From: Chiloscyllium plagiosum
Taxonomy: Eukaryota
Direction of reading: 5' to 3'
Assembly (NCBI RefSeq): GCF_004010195.1
Contig: NC_057717.1
Location: 102,855,676 to 102,919,675, forward strand
Length of the DNA: 64,000 nucleotides
Of the stretch, positions 1-12,313 are shown piece after piece (the stretch's first letter is position 1; every line of letters starts with the position of its first letter). The notes under the pieces are model-generated. The model was not told where the DNA came from and searched no databases. It saw only the letters and a list, made by a program, of their open reading frames with translations. The translations under genes and the position numbers were made by a program.

Positions 1-470
1 TGACTGGCTGGATTATTGGCGTCCATGTTTGGGAAGCTGGGAAAATCCAGAGAATCGCTGGCTCTCCCATTCAGCCAGCGTAGTGACATTGCCCAACTCT
101 TCCCAGCCCTTTAACAACCGATTTCCTTTTGAGTTTGGGAGCGTTGTCAATCCTTATTCATTCCCCCTCAAAACCTCCACAAACCCTAATTGGCATCCGC
201 ACAGGAGGAGGCTACTCAGCCCATTCTGACTGTCCAACTCCCTTTGAAAAAGTTCCCCAGTCAGTCCCTACAACATCTCAATGTCTCTAATTCCCTTTGA
301 AAGCAATTATTCAATCTCCTTCTTACCATTCGTTCATCAGATAGGAACTCATTTTCTTCAAAAAAATCTCCTCATTCATGCCGGACCCCCCCCCCCCCCC
401 CCCCATTGTTTTCTCAAATGGTTTAACTATTTGGCAGCGGTAACCAATCTTGTTGTGGTTTTTATTTTAG

Positions 471-524
471 GGAATAGATGGTGTAGTTGGTGAAAAAGGC
501 AGTCTTGGAGACCCCGGCATGATG
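471..524 (+). CDS. col5a3: Fibrillar collagen exon (54 bp): GIDGVVGEKGSLGDPGMM; gene begins upstream of the window
   Basis: ttttag acceptor, gtaggt donor, 6 perfect Gly-X-Y triplets, canonical 54-bp collagen exon size. Confidence 0.9.
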
Positions 525-851
525 GTAGGTGTGTCAGAGTGTCACACTCGTCTTCAGAAATTGCATTATGAGTAATTCTACGGCTCAAACTCTATGCTTC
601 CGCTCCCCACAACAATGAATGAGAGGTTATGCCTACAACTAGCTCCCAGCCTGAGAAAGAGCAGATCTTAAACATTGTCATTACTTCCTCAAGAGCATGA
701 GATGGAGCTGTTGCGACAAAGGAAGGGAATTGTGATGTGACAGAGTTTCGAGGTCTTTAATTGGCTACGTTACAAATACGCTCGTTCTTAAAATTGTAAT
801 TTGACGAGGCCCCAAGACAAACTTAATCCCAAAATGGTCCATTTCCACTTG

Positions 852-1760
852 GAGTCATAGAGTCATAATAGACCCTTTGGTCCAACTAGTCCATGTCCAC
901 CATTATCTCAAACCAAACTAGTCCCAACTGCCTGTGCTTGACTCATGTCCTTCCAAATCTTTTACGTACTTCTCCAAATGTCTTTTAAACACTGTAACTG
1001 TACCTGCGTCCACCACTTTCTCATTCCACACACGAACCACTCTGAGTAAAAAAGTTTCCCCTCATGTCCTTTTTTAAATCTTTGTCCTGTCACCTTAAAA
1101 GTATACCCCCTAGTTTTGAACTCCCCCAGCCTAGGGAAAAGACTCTCGTCATTCACCTTATCTATGCCCCTCATTATTTTATAAACCTCTTTAAGATCAC
1201 CCCTCAACCTCCTACGTTCCAGTGAAAAATGTCCCAGCCTGTCTAGCCTCTCCTTTATGACTCAAACCCTCCACACCCAGGAACATCCTGGTAATTTTTT
1301 TCTGAACCCTCACCAGTTTAATAGTATCTTTCCGATAACAGGGTGACCAGAACTGGTCACAGTACTCCAGAAGTGGCCTCACCAATGTCCTGTGGAACCT
1401 CAACATAACGTCCCAACTCCCATACTCAAAGGACTGAGCAATGAAGGCAAGCATGCTAAACACCCTGTCTTCCTGTGACACAAACTTCAAAGAATTATGT
1501 ACCTGAACCCCAAAGTCTCTTTGTTCTACCCAGTGTCCTACCATTAACAGTATAATTCCTGTCCTTGTTTGCATTCCCAAAATGCAATACCTCGCATTTA
1601 TCAAAATTTAACTCCATCTGCCACTCCTCAGCCCATTGACCCAATTGATCAAAATCTCTTTGTAACTTTAGATGACCTTCTTCACTGTCCATTACACCAA
1701 GTTTGGGGTCATCGGCAAGCTTACCAATAATGTCTGATATTCGCATCCAAATCATTTACA
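852..1760 (-). mobile_element. 5'-truncated, decayed CR1-clade LINE (RT C-terminal half and 3'UTR)
   Basis: Frameshifted ORFs with LADD.KLG, QW..EWQME.N.DKC, LVRPLLEYC.QFWSP, RGDL.EVYKI; (GAGTCATA)n tail at 852. Confidence 0.9.
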
Positions 1761-2070
1761 CAGAGTTTGCAGTGTGGAAGTGTCCTCTCCTGCCTTGGTA
1801 ACCCTATCAAACAGATAGCTATGTTCCGATTGAGTCTGTCATGTCCAGATATCTCTCTCTTCGTAATTACCTGTTCTCATCTACACACGCTCCAAATGTG
1901 GTGTCAATCAGCTTCCTAATCAATCAGCAGCTTTTAGCTCAGTGTCCCATGGTAATGGGGATCACAGTGACAGCATATGCAGTGTGACACACCCTGTCCA
2001 GCACAGTAAACGTGCTCTCAACACTGTCGGGAGGATGAATCTCTCTAATGTTTCTCTGTTGGGTTTGCAG

Positions 2071-2124
2071 GGTCCACGTGGTGCATCTGGTGAGCCGGGC
2101 CCTCAGGGATTGCCGGGAAAGAGA
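2071..2124 (+). CDS. col5a3: Collagen exon (54 bp): GPRGASGEPGPQGLPGKR
   Basis: ttgcag / gtgagt splice sites, Gly-X-Y frame, phase 0. Confidence 0.93.
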
Positions 2125-2439
2125 GTGAGTACTTACATACTCGGGGGAAAAGCTAATCTGGGAAAACTGGCGAGTGACAGTCACTGCTCCAACACCTTCT
2201 TCCAAACAGGGCTTCGGTACATCCACCGCTTTCATTTCCAGCAATTGCTGTTTCCACACCACCATCTGTATAAGAAGTAAAAGTTTGCATTTACATAGTG
2301 CCTGTTATGACCCCAAAGGGCTTCACTGTGAGTGAGATGCTTCTAACAGTATTGGGAAAACAGGAAACATTAATCCCCACAAAGCCCAGACAAGATACTC
2401 TGCTTCAGTGCTGTTTGCCAGGATCCTCAGCAGTACACA

Positions 2440-3950
2440 CAAGCTCCCTCAGTAGGTACTTCCTCGGTGAATCACTCACGTAGTGATGCACTCCCTCGAT
2501 GCAACACTCCCTAGTAAGGCACACCCTCGATGCAACACTCCCTCAGTAAGGCACTCCCTCGTTGCAACACTCCCTCAGTGATGCACTCCCTTGGTGCAAC
2601 ACTCCCTTGCTGTGACACTCCCTCAATAAAGCATTCTCTTGGTGCGACATTCCCTCGGTGAGGCACTCCCTCAGTGCGACTCACTCTCAGTGCGACTCAC
2701 TCTCAGTGCGACTCACTCTCAGTGCGACTCACTCTCAGTGCGACACACTCTCAGTGCGACACACTCTCAGTGCGACATTCTTTTAATGCGACCCTCCCTC
2801 AGTGAGTCACTCACTCATTGCGACACTCCGTCAGTGCGACACTCTCTCAGTGAGTCATTCCTTCAGTGCAACACTCCCTTGGTGTGACATTCCCTCAGAG
2901 CAGTACTCTCTCAGTGACTCACTCTCTCAGTGCGACACTCCCTCAGTACAATACTCCCTCAGTGAGTCACTCTCTCAGTGCAGTAGACCCTCAGTGCGAT
3001 ACTCCCTCAGTGAGTCATTCCCTCAGTGCGACACTCCCTCAGTGAGTCACTCTCTCAGTGCAGTAGACTCTCAGTGCGACACTCCCTCAGTGAGTCAATC
3101 CCTCAGTGCTACACCCCCTCAGTGAGTCATTCCCTCAGTGAGTCATTCCCTCAGTGAGTCATTCCCTCAGTGAGCCATTCCCTCAGTGAGCCATTCCCTC
3201 AGTGAGCCATTCCCTCAGTGAGTCACTCTCTCAGTGAGTCACTCTCTGTGTGACACTCCCTCAGTACAATGCTCCCTCAGTACATACTCCCTCAGTACAT
3301 ACTCCCTCAGTACATACTCCCTCAGTACATACTCCCTCAGTACAATACTCCCTCAGTACAATACTCCCTCAGTGCTATACTCCCTCAGTGCTACACTCCC
3401 TCAGTGCTACACTCCCTCAGTGAGTCACTCCCTCAGTGAGTCACTCCCTCAGTGCGACACTCCCTCGGTGCGACTCTCCCTCGGTGCGACTCTCCCTCGG
3501 TGCGACTCTCCCTCGGCGCGGCACTCCCTCGGCGCAGGACTCCCTCGGTGCAGGACTCCCTCGGTGCAGGACTCCCTCGGTGCAGTATTCCCTCGGCGCG
3601 ACACTCCCTCGGCGCGACACTCCCTCGGCGCGACACTCCCTCGGCGCGACACTCCCTCGGTGCAGTACTCCCTCGGTGCAGTACTCCCTCGGTGCAGTAC
3701 TCCCTCGGTGCGACACTCTCTCGGTGAGTCACTCTCTCGGTGAGTCACTCCCTCGGTGCGACACTCCCGGTGCAGTACTCTCTCGGTGCAGTACTCTCTC
3801 GGTGCAGTACTCTCTCGGTGCAGTACTCTCTCGGTGCAGTACTCTGTCGGTGCAGTACTCTGTCGGTGCAGTACTCTGTCGGTGCAGTACTCTCTCGGTG
3901 CAGTACTCTCTCAGTGAGTCACTCCCTCGGTGCGACACTCTCGGTGCAGT
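2440..3950. repeat. Minisatellite, ~16-bp unit (CACTCCCTCAGTGCGA and variants), roughly 90 copies
   Basis: Periodicity read directly; blocks of homogenised variants; explains the overlapping ORFs at 2639-4104. Confidence 0.95.
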
Positions 3951-4483
3951 CCCTCTTTGTTTTGTGTTTCCTGACCTGTGGTCCCTGATTGGAATCAGTT
4001 TTGGCGTCACAGGTCCTGGACATACTGCAGTTTCTGGTTACTGGCTTTCAGTTCCATGTCTAGATTTTCTGCAGCCAGTTTATTCGGTAGGTTTGGTAAG
4101 TTAGCAAGCTGAGTATGAACAAGGTGAGTTGTCATGCGACCAAGCTGTTTAACAAGTAACAATCTCCTTTAATTGGCAACTTAGTGCTGCCTAACGAGAA
4201 CTTATCTTAACGTCTGGCGAAAGTATAAAAGAAGGAACCGACATTCCTGATGCGATGAGTCTCTCTGGAATTGATGTTTGATTCTGCCAAAAATCTTACC
4301 ATTGCCCACATTGCTCAGTGTCCTACAAGAAATGTCCCAAAATGTTTCAACAGTCATGAGCCATCTCTGAAGCATTATAGTGTGATGAGCAGGAGTGAGT
4401 GATATGCTGAGTGCAGAACCCCAGGTCATGTTTTCTGCCATTTTTAACTTGTTACACCTCAGAAAACCAGCTTGCAAACATCC

Positions 4484-4588
4484 GTTCTGAGGAAGGGTCA
4501 TTCACCCCGAAACATTTAACCCTGCTTTCTCTCCACAAATGATGCCAGCCCTGCTGAGCTTTTCCAACAATTTCTGTTTCTGTTTCTG
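4484..4588 (+). mobile_element. Penelope-like element 3' end with hammerhead motif (family C)
   Basis: CTGAGGA-A-GGGT cattc ACCC-c-GAAACATT followed by the gatgcc..cctgctgagcttttcc tail shared with copies at ~24965-25070, 30865-30965, 48640-48728 and 51190-51262. Confidence 0.65.
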
Positions 4589-5075
4589 CAAAAGTGAATA
4601 ACCTTCTAATTGCAAACTTTACTGCCACAGATAAGGGGAGGAAATTACCTATTGCAATCTCTGAGGTTCTAATAACAGAATTAAAAAAAAAGTCACAAAA
4701 GGAATGTGATTTATCCAGTCGCTCGAACTCAGTGATTGCAGACTCACCTGACATCCTATTTCTGAAGGGAGTAATTAATTGGTTTGTTTTAGTTTAGTCA
4801 CTTAGGAATGCAATATTGGGAGATCTTAGGAAATCCACGGCATAATTTCTTTAGTAACAAGCAGCTCAGGGTTTTGTAAATTGTAATGATACCATCACCA
4901 TGACTGAAGGGTGAATGAAGTTAATCAACTGTTCAGTTCTCAATGCGATTCACACGCCACATATTCAAGGGAAAGTCTGCAAACTGAAGAATTTTCTTGA
5001 AAGGGGGTTTTGGATGGGACTTGAATGTGAATATATCACATTGACTATCTGTTATACAAGGTCCTTGCCCTTTTT

Positions 5076-5278
5076 TGTCTGTGTGTGTGTATCTGTCTGT
5101 ATATTTGTGTGTGTGCGCCTGTGCGTGTGTGTGTCTGTGCGTTTCTGTGTGTGTGCATGGGTTTTTTGTGTGTCTGTGCCTGTGTGTGTGTATGCGCGCG
5201 CATGCGTCTGTGTCTGTGTGTGTGTGTGTGTCTGTGCGTGTATGCGTGTGTGTGTGAGTGAGTCCGTGCATGTGTGTA
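5076..5278. repeat. Imperfect (TG)n microsatellite
   Basis: Read directly. Confidence 0.95.
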
Positions 5279-5500
5279 GTTGGTGGAAACACTGGGGTTT
5301 GTTTTGTGCTGTGTAATTAATCACACTCTAGTTACTAAACACGTCAGTGACTCGATTCCTCCCCCTCCTCAAAAGGCAGTCGTACCTACCTCTCTGCAGG
5401 AACACTAACCCCACACTGTGACACTGTACCATATTCTGATTGTTGCATGCTGTCAGAGTCTCATTATTTCAAACACAGCCCCTCTTTCTCTCTCTTACAG

Positions 5501-5554
5501 GGACCACCTGGACCTCCAGGGTCAGAGGGGCGAGAGGGTCTCAAAGGTGAAAAG
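5501..5554 (+). CDS. col5a3: Collagen exon (54 bp): GPPGPPGSEGREGLKGEK
   Basis: Pyrimidine tract + ttacag, gtatga donor; matches the type V/XI GPPG..G.EGR.G.KG.K exon. Confidence 0.93.
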
Positions 5555-6083
5555 GTATGACTATTTTATGTAAAAGAAAAGATGATAACAACCAAACTTT
5601 TACACCAAGTTTCACGAAACTACGATTGTGAAATTTACTAGAACGCATTTCCCACTGAATTTCCTCAGGGCATGGTCCATTACCACTGGGTCTGCCTCAC
5701 CGCGATTTGGACTTTTACAGTGAGCGTCGGAGGGCTATTTGGCTTTGGGGTGCATCACTGATAAATTAAGTCCGTCCTCACCTGAAGCTATCGGTTCCCA
5801 TTTTCCAGTCGCAGCTGGAAGAGGAAACATGAGTGTCTAATCCCTGGCGTACAGAGGGTTCCTGGTTTAGGAGCACAGACCAATACAGGGGTCTCAATTT
5901 AAATCTTGGACATTCGAGAGATGGTGATGTTGTCATGGTTGGTAGTGTTTGAGCTACTGTGCCTGTTCACTTCAGGCCACTCCCATCCTTGTGTCTCTCT
6001 CTCTCTCTCTCTCTCCTTTTCTTCTTTTCTCTTCTCTTTCTTCATCTTCCTGACGTTATGGGGAGGTGGGAGAGTTGGCAGTG

Positions 6084-6612
6084 CCTGGAGCGGGGATTCC
6101 TGGCTGTGGTGGGCCTGGAGTGGGGATTCCTGGCTGTGGTAAGCCTGGAGTGGGGATTCCTGGCTGCGGTGGGCCTGGTGCGGAGAATCCTGGGTGCAGT
6201 GGGCCCGGAGTGGGGATTCCTGGCTGTGGTAAGCCTGAAGTGGGAATTCCTGGCTGCGGTGGGCCTGGTGCAGAGAATCCTGGCTGCGGTGGGCCTGGAG
6301 TGGGGATTCCTGGCTGCGGTGGGCCTGGAGTGGAGAATCCTGGGTGCAGTGGGCCCGGAGTGGGGATTCCTGGCTGCGGTGGGCCTGGCGTGGAGAATCT
6401 TGGGCGTGGTGGGCCCGGAGTGGGGATTCCTGGCTGTGGTAAGCCTGGAGTGCGGATTCCTGGTTGTAGTGGGCCTGGTGTGGAGAATCCTGGGTGCAGT
6501 GGGCCTGGAGTGGGGCTTCCTGGCTGCGGTGGGCCTGGTGCGGAGAATCCTGGGCGCGGTGGGCCCGGAGTGGGGATTCCTGGCTGTGGTAAGCTTGGAG
6601 CAATGATTCCTG
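6084..6612. repeat. G-rich minisatellite, 30-bp unit GGGCCTGGAGTGGGGATTCCTGGCTGCGGT, about 17 copies
   Basis: Exact 30-bp register with no indels. Confidence 0.97.
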
Positions 6613-6756
6613 GTGGTTGATGGCGAGAAAGCAGGGCATGAGGAGTGGGGTCTCCTGGGTCACTGTTGTCGGCGGAAAGGGGACTCCTTCAAGCCAACCT
6701 TTCTTGGAGACGTTGCAGAATCCCTGGAGCTGTGTCTGGGACACCAGTCAACAATG

Positions 6757-7055
6757 AGGGAGGCGATGGCTTTGAGGTACTATCACTGGACTGTTAATCC
6801 AGAGACCCAGATATGGGGACCTGGGTTCAAATCACAGCAAAACTTTAAAAAAAATCTGAATTCAAAGTCTAATGCTGAGCATGAGTCTGTTGTCGATTGT
6901 TGAAAAAACAATGTCCTTTTGGGAAGGAAACTGCCATTCTTACCCAGTCTGGCCTACATGTGACTCCAGACCCACAGTAATATGGTTGCCCTGTAGGGCA
7001 ATTAGGGATGGGTAATGACCTAGCCAGTGATACCCTCATCCCATGACTGAAAAAA
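6757..7055 (+). mobile_element. tRNA-derived SINE, family 2
   Basis: GAGGCGATGGC start, GGTTCAAATC B-box, tail ggcaattagggatggg...catccc shared with LINE 3' ends; other copies at ~18090-18390, 25575-26045(-), 31430-31640, 36105-36385, 40808-41135. Confidence 0.75.
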
Positions 7056-7497
7056 GGACAGATGACCTCTACTTAAGTATTTTCTTTTTATTCTTTTGTC
7101 ACTTAAAAAGGCACTGGGTTGTGGTGACAAACCACTTCTCACTGGATCTCCCCAGATATATGTGATAATAAAATCATTTGTTCATTCATTCATTAAAAAT
7201 CATTTGTTCATTCATTTCCTGGACTTGTGTGCGACTGCTTTATCTTGTCCTGCATTGTTTTCTGACTGACGTACGAACCGAGTTGCAAATGGATTCAGAA
7301 ATGGAACCTGCTTGCAACCCAGGGATTGCCTGTACATCAGAAGGGGTTTAACAGATGGGAACTATCTTCAGTCCAATGTCGGAAATTGGCCCTTGGGACC
7401 ATGCGTAGATTATTCAATAAGATCCTGGCTGACCTGATTGTGGTCTCAACTCAAATCTTCTCTCTGACCTCCCTCACTCCTGTATCTATCAAGAACT

Positions 7498-7955
7498 TAG
7501 ATGTTGCCGGGGTTGGAGGATTTGGGCTATTGGGAGAGGATGAACAGGGTGGGGTTTTCCTTGAGCGTCGGAGGCTGAGGGGTGACCTTATAGAGGTTTA
7601 CAAAATTATGAGGGGCATGGGTAGGATAAATAGGCAAAGTCCTTTCCCTGGGGTCAGGGAGTCCAGAACTAGAGGGCATAGGTTTAGGGTGAGAGAGGAA
7701 AGATATAAAAGAGACCTAAGGGGCAACTTTTTCACACAAGAGGGTGGTACATGTATGGAATGAGCTGCAAAAGGAAGTAGTGGAGGCTGGTACAATTGCA
7801 ACATTTAAAAGGCATTTGGATGGGTATATGAATAGGAAGGGTTTGGATGGATATAGGCGGGTGCTGGCAGGTGGGACTAGATTGGGTTGGGATATCTAGT
7901 TAGCATGGGCGGGTTGGACTGAAGGGTCTGTTTCCATGCTGTACATCTCTGACTA
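7498..7955 (+). mobile_element. CR1 LINE 3' fragment
   Basis: LERRRLRGDLIEVYKIMRG...RTRGHRF; near-identical to the reverse complement of part of 12314-13178. Confidence 0.92.
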
Positions 7956-8539
7956 TATTCATGGACTTGCCCTCCACTGCTCTCCGGGTAGGTGAATCCC
8001 ACAGATCCTCTGGGAGCAATAGAAAAGCAGTTGTCTTCAGTTCCATCTCAAACCAAGACCTCTGATTCTTAAACATTGTCCCTTTGTTCCTGTCACTCCT
8101 ACAAGGGGAACTGTCCTCTCAGCGTCCACTCTGCCAAGTCCTCTCAGGATCCTGCATACGATAATTGAGAAAGGGTTATCAGAATTGGGCACAGAGAAAA
8201 ATTCAGCTTAATTAGAAATCTCCATCAAATTGCAATCCCAAAATTGGCAGATATTGGTTTTTGAAACATTTACGATTTACATAGAAGGTACGAAACACAC
8301 ACAAAGCTGTGTTAAAATTCCCTGCATGCCTTGTAAGCGCTGAAAATAATTTGGTTGTGATTGGCAGTGAATTGTGAGCAATAGCAAAAGCTGCTAAAAC
8401 CAATTCTGAATTCTCCGCTCAGTTGGGTCTCTTGGGGGGGTGTGACAGATTGTACTTAATTCTGCATTTAAAATGTCATTTGTTTCAAGAGATATTTTCA
8501 CAATGCTCGCACCTTCCTGAAAAGAAACGTGTTCCCACC

Positions 8540-8800
8540 TTGCGGGCATTACTAGCTGGTCCAGCATTTATTACCGGTCCCTAATTGCCCTTCACAAGAT
8601 GGTGGTGAGCTGATGTTTTGAAATTCTGGGGTTTTAAATGCATAGGGACATCTATCATGCTGTTAACAAGGGAGTTCCTGGACTTTAACCCAGTGACGGT
8701 GAAGGAATGGCAATATGCCAAGTCAGGATGGCGAGTGGCTTGGAGGGAACTTGTAGGGGGTGGTATTCTCTTTAGCTGCTGCCCTTGTCTTTCTAGTTGG
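8540..8800 (-). mobile_element. 3' end of a second LINE family (probable partner of SINE family 2)
   Basis: TVTG.KS.NSL.NS...AHHHL.KGN* terminus; further copies at ~19290-19490, 31645-31900, 47180-47620 (+). Confidence 0.65.
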
Positions 8801-9225
8801 GAGTCTATTGACCCCCAACATTCCAAATGCGGCCCGACCAGAGCCTTAAACAGCCTCAGCAGTACATATCTGCTTTTCTCTTGAAATGAATGTTGACATT
8901 GTATATGGCTTCCGAACTGCCTAACGAAGGGCTTATGCCCGCAACGTCGATTCTCCTGCTCCTCGGTTGCTGCCTGACCTGCTGTGCTTTTCCAGCGCCA
9001 CACTCTCGACTCTGATCTCCAGCATCTGTAAGTCCTCACTTTCGCCTTCCTAGCTGCTACCTCAACCCATGTGTTAACCTTATAAAAACACAAGCTAGGA
9101 TCCCCCTCCAAAATACTTTGTGCTTCAGATTACTGAAGTCTTTCCCCATTTAGAAAATAGTCTATGCCTCTATTCTTCCCACCAAAGTGCATAACCTCAC
9201 ACTTCACATTGAATTCCAGCTGTCA
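8800..9225 (-). mobile_element. CR1 fragment interrupted by a Penelope-like family B end (~8920-9043, + strand)
   Basis: VLLRLFKALVGPHLEC motif; insert has a decayed hammerhead CTAACGA-A-GGGC ttat GCCC-GCAACGTC. Confidence 0.75.
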
Positions 9226-9381
9226 GGTGTTTGGAAAGGCCGGTCAGTTGGATTAAGAGAAAAGGATCTTACCTTAATCACATAGTGATATTAAACATTT
9301 GCCTTTTTAGACACACTGTTTATAACCGCAGTATTACAGGTATTAACGATTGCACGTGGGCTTGTTTATTTTTTCACACAG

Positions 9382-9489
9382 GGCTCTCTGGGACAGGAAG
9401 GCCCAGTGGGCAGGACTGGGCCTATAGGCCCACAAGGGTCACCAGGCAACATAGGACCTGAAGGCCTCAGAGGGATACCTGGCCCTGCA
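9382..9489 (+). CDS. col5a3: Collagen exon (108 bp): [36 protein letters not shown]
   Basis: acacag / gtaagt; [18 protein letters not shown] is typical of type V/XI chains. Confidence 0.95.
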
Positions 9490-9595
9490 GTAAGTGAAGA
9501 CCCAAAGAGAATGTGATAGTCGGCATTACGTTTTGCAACAAACGGCTGCACATATCAATGCATAACCCCTCGTAATGTCTGTTATTCTTCAACAG

Positions 9596-9649
9596 GGAGA
9601 ACAAGGCCTCCATGGACCCCCTGGCCAGGCTGGACCCCCAGGCCCAATG
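9596..9649 (+). CDS. col5a3: Collagen exon (54 bp): GEQGLHGPPGQAGPPGPM
   Basis: caacag / gtaaga; follows a 106-bp intron. Confidence 0.95.
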
Positions 9650-12313
9650 GTAAGATGAGAACAGCCCCTTCAGTCTGATCTGCTACTCAGTGTTATCGTG
9701 GCGGGTCTGTACCAGACCCCCGTCTGCTTGCCTCTGCTCCACGCTTTGTAAGCGAGCCAAGCTCGTCAACCTCACAATTCGGGCCGTTATCACAAAAATG
9801 TCGCCAGAACTTTTCATCTTGCACTCATCAGGACACTTCGAGAGTACAATCTTTCAAACCATCACAATTTAAAGGACAGGAGGAACAGGCAGTTAAATTA
9901 TTGATTGATCAAGTATCCACTTTTTTTTGTGGGGTAGAGTTTCATAGAGATATAGAAAACAGGAGCTGGAGTAGACCATTCGGCCCTTCGAGCCTGCTCT
10001 GCCATTCTATAGGATCATGGCTGATCTTCCAACTCAGTCCCCTGCTCCAGCTTTCTCCCCATACCCTTTGATCCCTTTAGCCCTAAGACCTTTATCTAAT
10101 TCCTTCTGGAGTACATACAATGTTTTGGCTGTAACTATTTTCTGTAATAGTGAATTCTGCAGGTTCCCCACTCTCTGAGTGAAGACATTTCTCCTTATCT
10201 AAGTCCTAAATGGCCTCCCTGGTATCCTTATTGGGAACATCCTGTGTTAACCCTGTATTTTGATAGGTTTCTATGAGATCATCCCACCTCAATCTTCTGC
10301 ACCCCAGTGAATATAGTTCTAACCAGTCTCTCTCCGTATGTCAGTCCTGCCATCCCAGGGATTAGTCTGATCAACCCTTGTTGCACTCTCTCCATAGCCA
10401 AGACATCCTTTCTCAGTTAAGGAGACGGAAACTGCTCACAATATTCCAAATGCAATCTGACCAGTGCCTTTTACAGCCTCAGCAGTACATCCCTGCTCTT
10501 ATATTCTAGCCCTCTCGAAATAAATGCTAACAATGCATTTGCCTTCCATCAGCCAACTGAACCTGTATGTTAACCTTAAGAGGATCCTGAGCTCGGACTC
10601 CCAAGTCCTTTATGCTTCAGATTTCCGAAGACTTACCCTATTTAGAAAATACTCTACACCTCTATTCTTCCTATTACAGTGAATAACCTCACACTTCCCC
10701 ACACTGTGTTCTATCTGCCACTCATCTGCCCACTCTCCTAGCCTGTCCAGATCATTCTACAACCTCCCTCAACACCACCTGTTCTCTCTATCTATCATTG
10801 TGACATCTGCAAACTTCGCTACAATGCCCTCAGTTCCTTTGTCCAGATTGTTAATGTATCATGTTGTGGTCCCAACATTGACCCCTGTAGGACTCCACTA
10901 GTCACTGGCTGCCTTTATCCCTACTCTCTGCCTTTTGCCAGTCAGCCAATCCTCTCACCATGCCAGTACCTGCCCCTAGCACTATGGGCTCTTATTTAAT
11001 AGCCTCCTGTGTGACACCTTGTCAAAGACTTTCTGGAAATACCAAATAGATCACATCCACAGGTTCTCCTCAAAGAATTCTAATAGATTTGACTTCAGGC
11101 ATGACTTCTACTTGACGAAACCATGTGGACTCAACTCTCTTCTACCATGCACGTCCAAGTACTCTGTAATCTCATTGTTAATAATGGACTCTAAAATCTT
11201 ACCAACGACTGAGATTAGGCTTCTGCCTTCCATCCTTCCTTAAACAGGGGGTTTACATTAGCCATTTTCCAGTCCTCTGGGACCCCCCCTGACTCCACTG
11301 ATTCCTGAAAGATCACCACCAATGCCTCTACAATCTCCTCAGTTATCTCCTTCAGAACCCTACGGTGTAGTCTGAGGGTTACGGGGAGAGTGCAGGTAAG
11401 TGGAGTTGAAATGACCATCAGCCATGATTAAATGGCAGAGTGGACTCGATGGGCAGAAAGGCCTTACTTCCATTCCTATGTCTTGTGGTTCTGGTCTGAG
11501 TGATTTATCTATCTTCAGAACTACCAGCTTCCCCAGCACCTTCTCCTTAGTGATCGCCATTATACGCACCTCTGTCCCCAGCCTCTCTTGAAGTTCTGGT
11601 GTGCTACTGGTGTCTGCCACTCTGAAAACTGATGCAAAGTACCTGTTCAGTTCCTTTGCCATTTCTTTGTTCTTCTTTACTACTTCCCTAGCCTTATTTT
11701 CTAGCAGTCCAATGCCCACTCTTATCTCTCTCTCACCTTTTGTATTTCTAAAAAAAACCTCTTACAATCGTCTTTTACATAACTTGCTAGCTTACCCTCA
11801 TAATTTCATCTTCTCTCCCTTATGACTTTTTTATTCATCCTCTGTTGGTTTTTAAAGTCTTCCCAATCCTCTGGCTTCCAACTAATCTTCACCACATTGT
11901 ATGCTTTTACGTTTGACTTTATGGTGTCCCTGGCTTCCCTTATCAGCTGTAGTTACCTCGCCCTCCCCTGAATTGCTGCTATGCCTCCCGAATTAACCCC
12001 AGAAACTCCTGCCATTGCTGCTCCACTATCTTCTCTGCTCGGCTCCCTGTCCAATCAACTCTGGCCAGCTCCTCCCTCATGTCTTTGTAGTTTCATTGCT
12101 CAATTGTAATGCCGTTACATCTGGTCCTAGCGTCTCAAGCCACAGGGTGAATTCTATAATGTGATGGTCACTGTCCCCCAGAGGTTCCTTCACCTTCAGC
12201 TCCCCAATCAATACTGCCTCATTACACATCACCAAATCCGGAATTGTCTGTTCCCTAGTGGTGTCTAACCCCCATGATGCTCCAAAGTACATCTTGTAGA
12301 CATTCCATGAATT

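Noticed and set aside
2639..4104. Many overlapping 80-220 aa ORFs on both strands
   Set aside because: Products of the 16-bp minisatellite; no splice or domain evidence.
4915..5324. Cys/Val- or His/Thr-rich ORFs (also 14920-15374, 39817-40184, 49244-49617)
   Set aside because: Translations of (TG)/(CA) microsatellites.
2440..6612. CRISPR-like appearance of the tandem arrays
   Set aside because: No unique spacers, no cas genes, eukaryotic intron context.
5899..6744. 281-aa minus-strand ORF (QESPLQAHRS repeats)
   Set aside because: Antisense reading of the 30-bp minisatellite.
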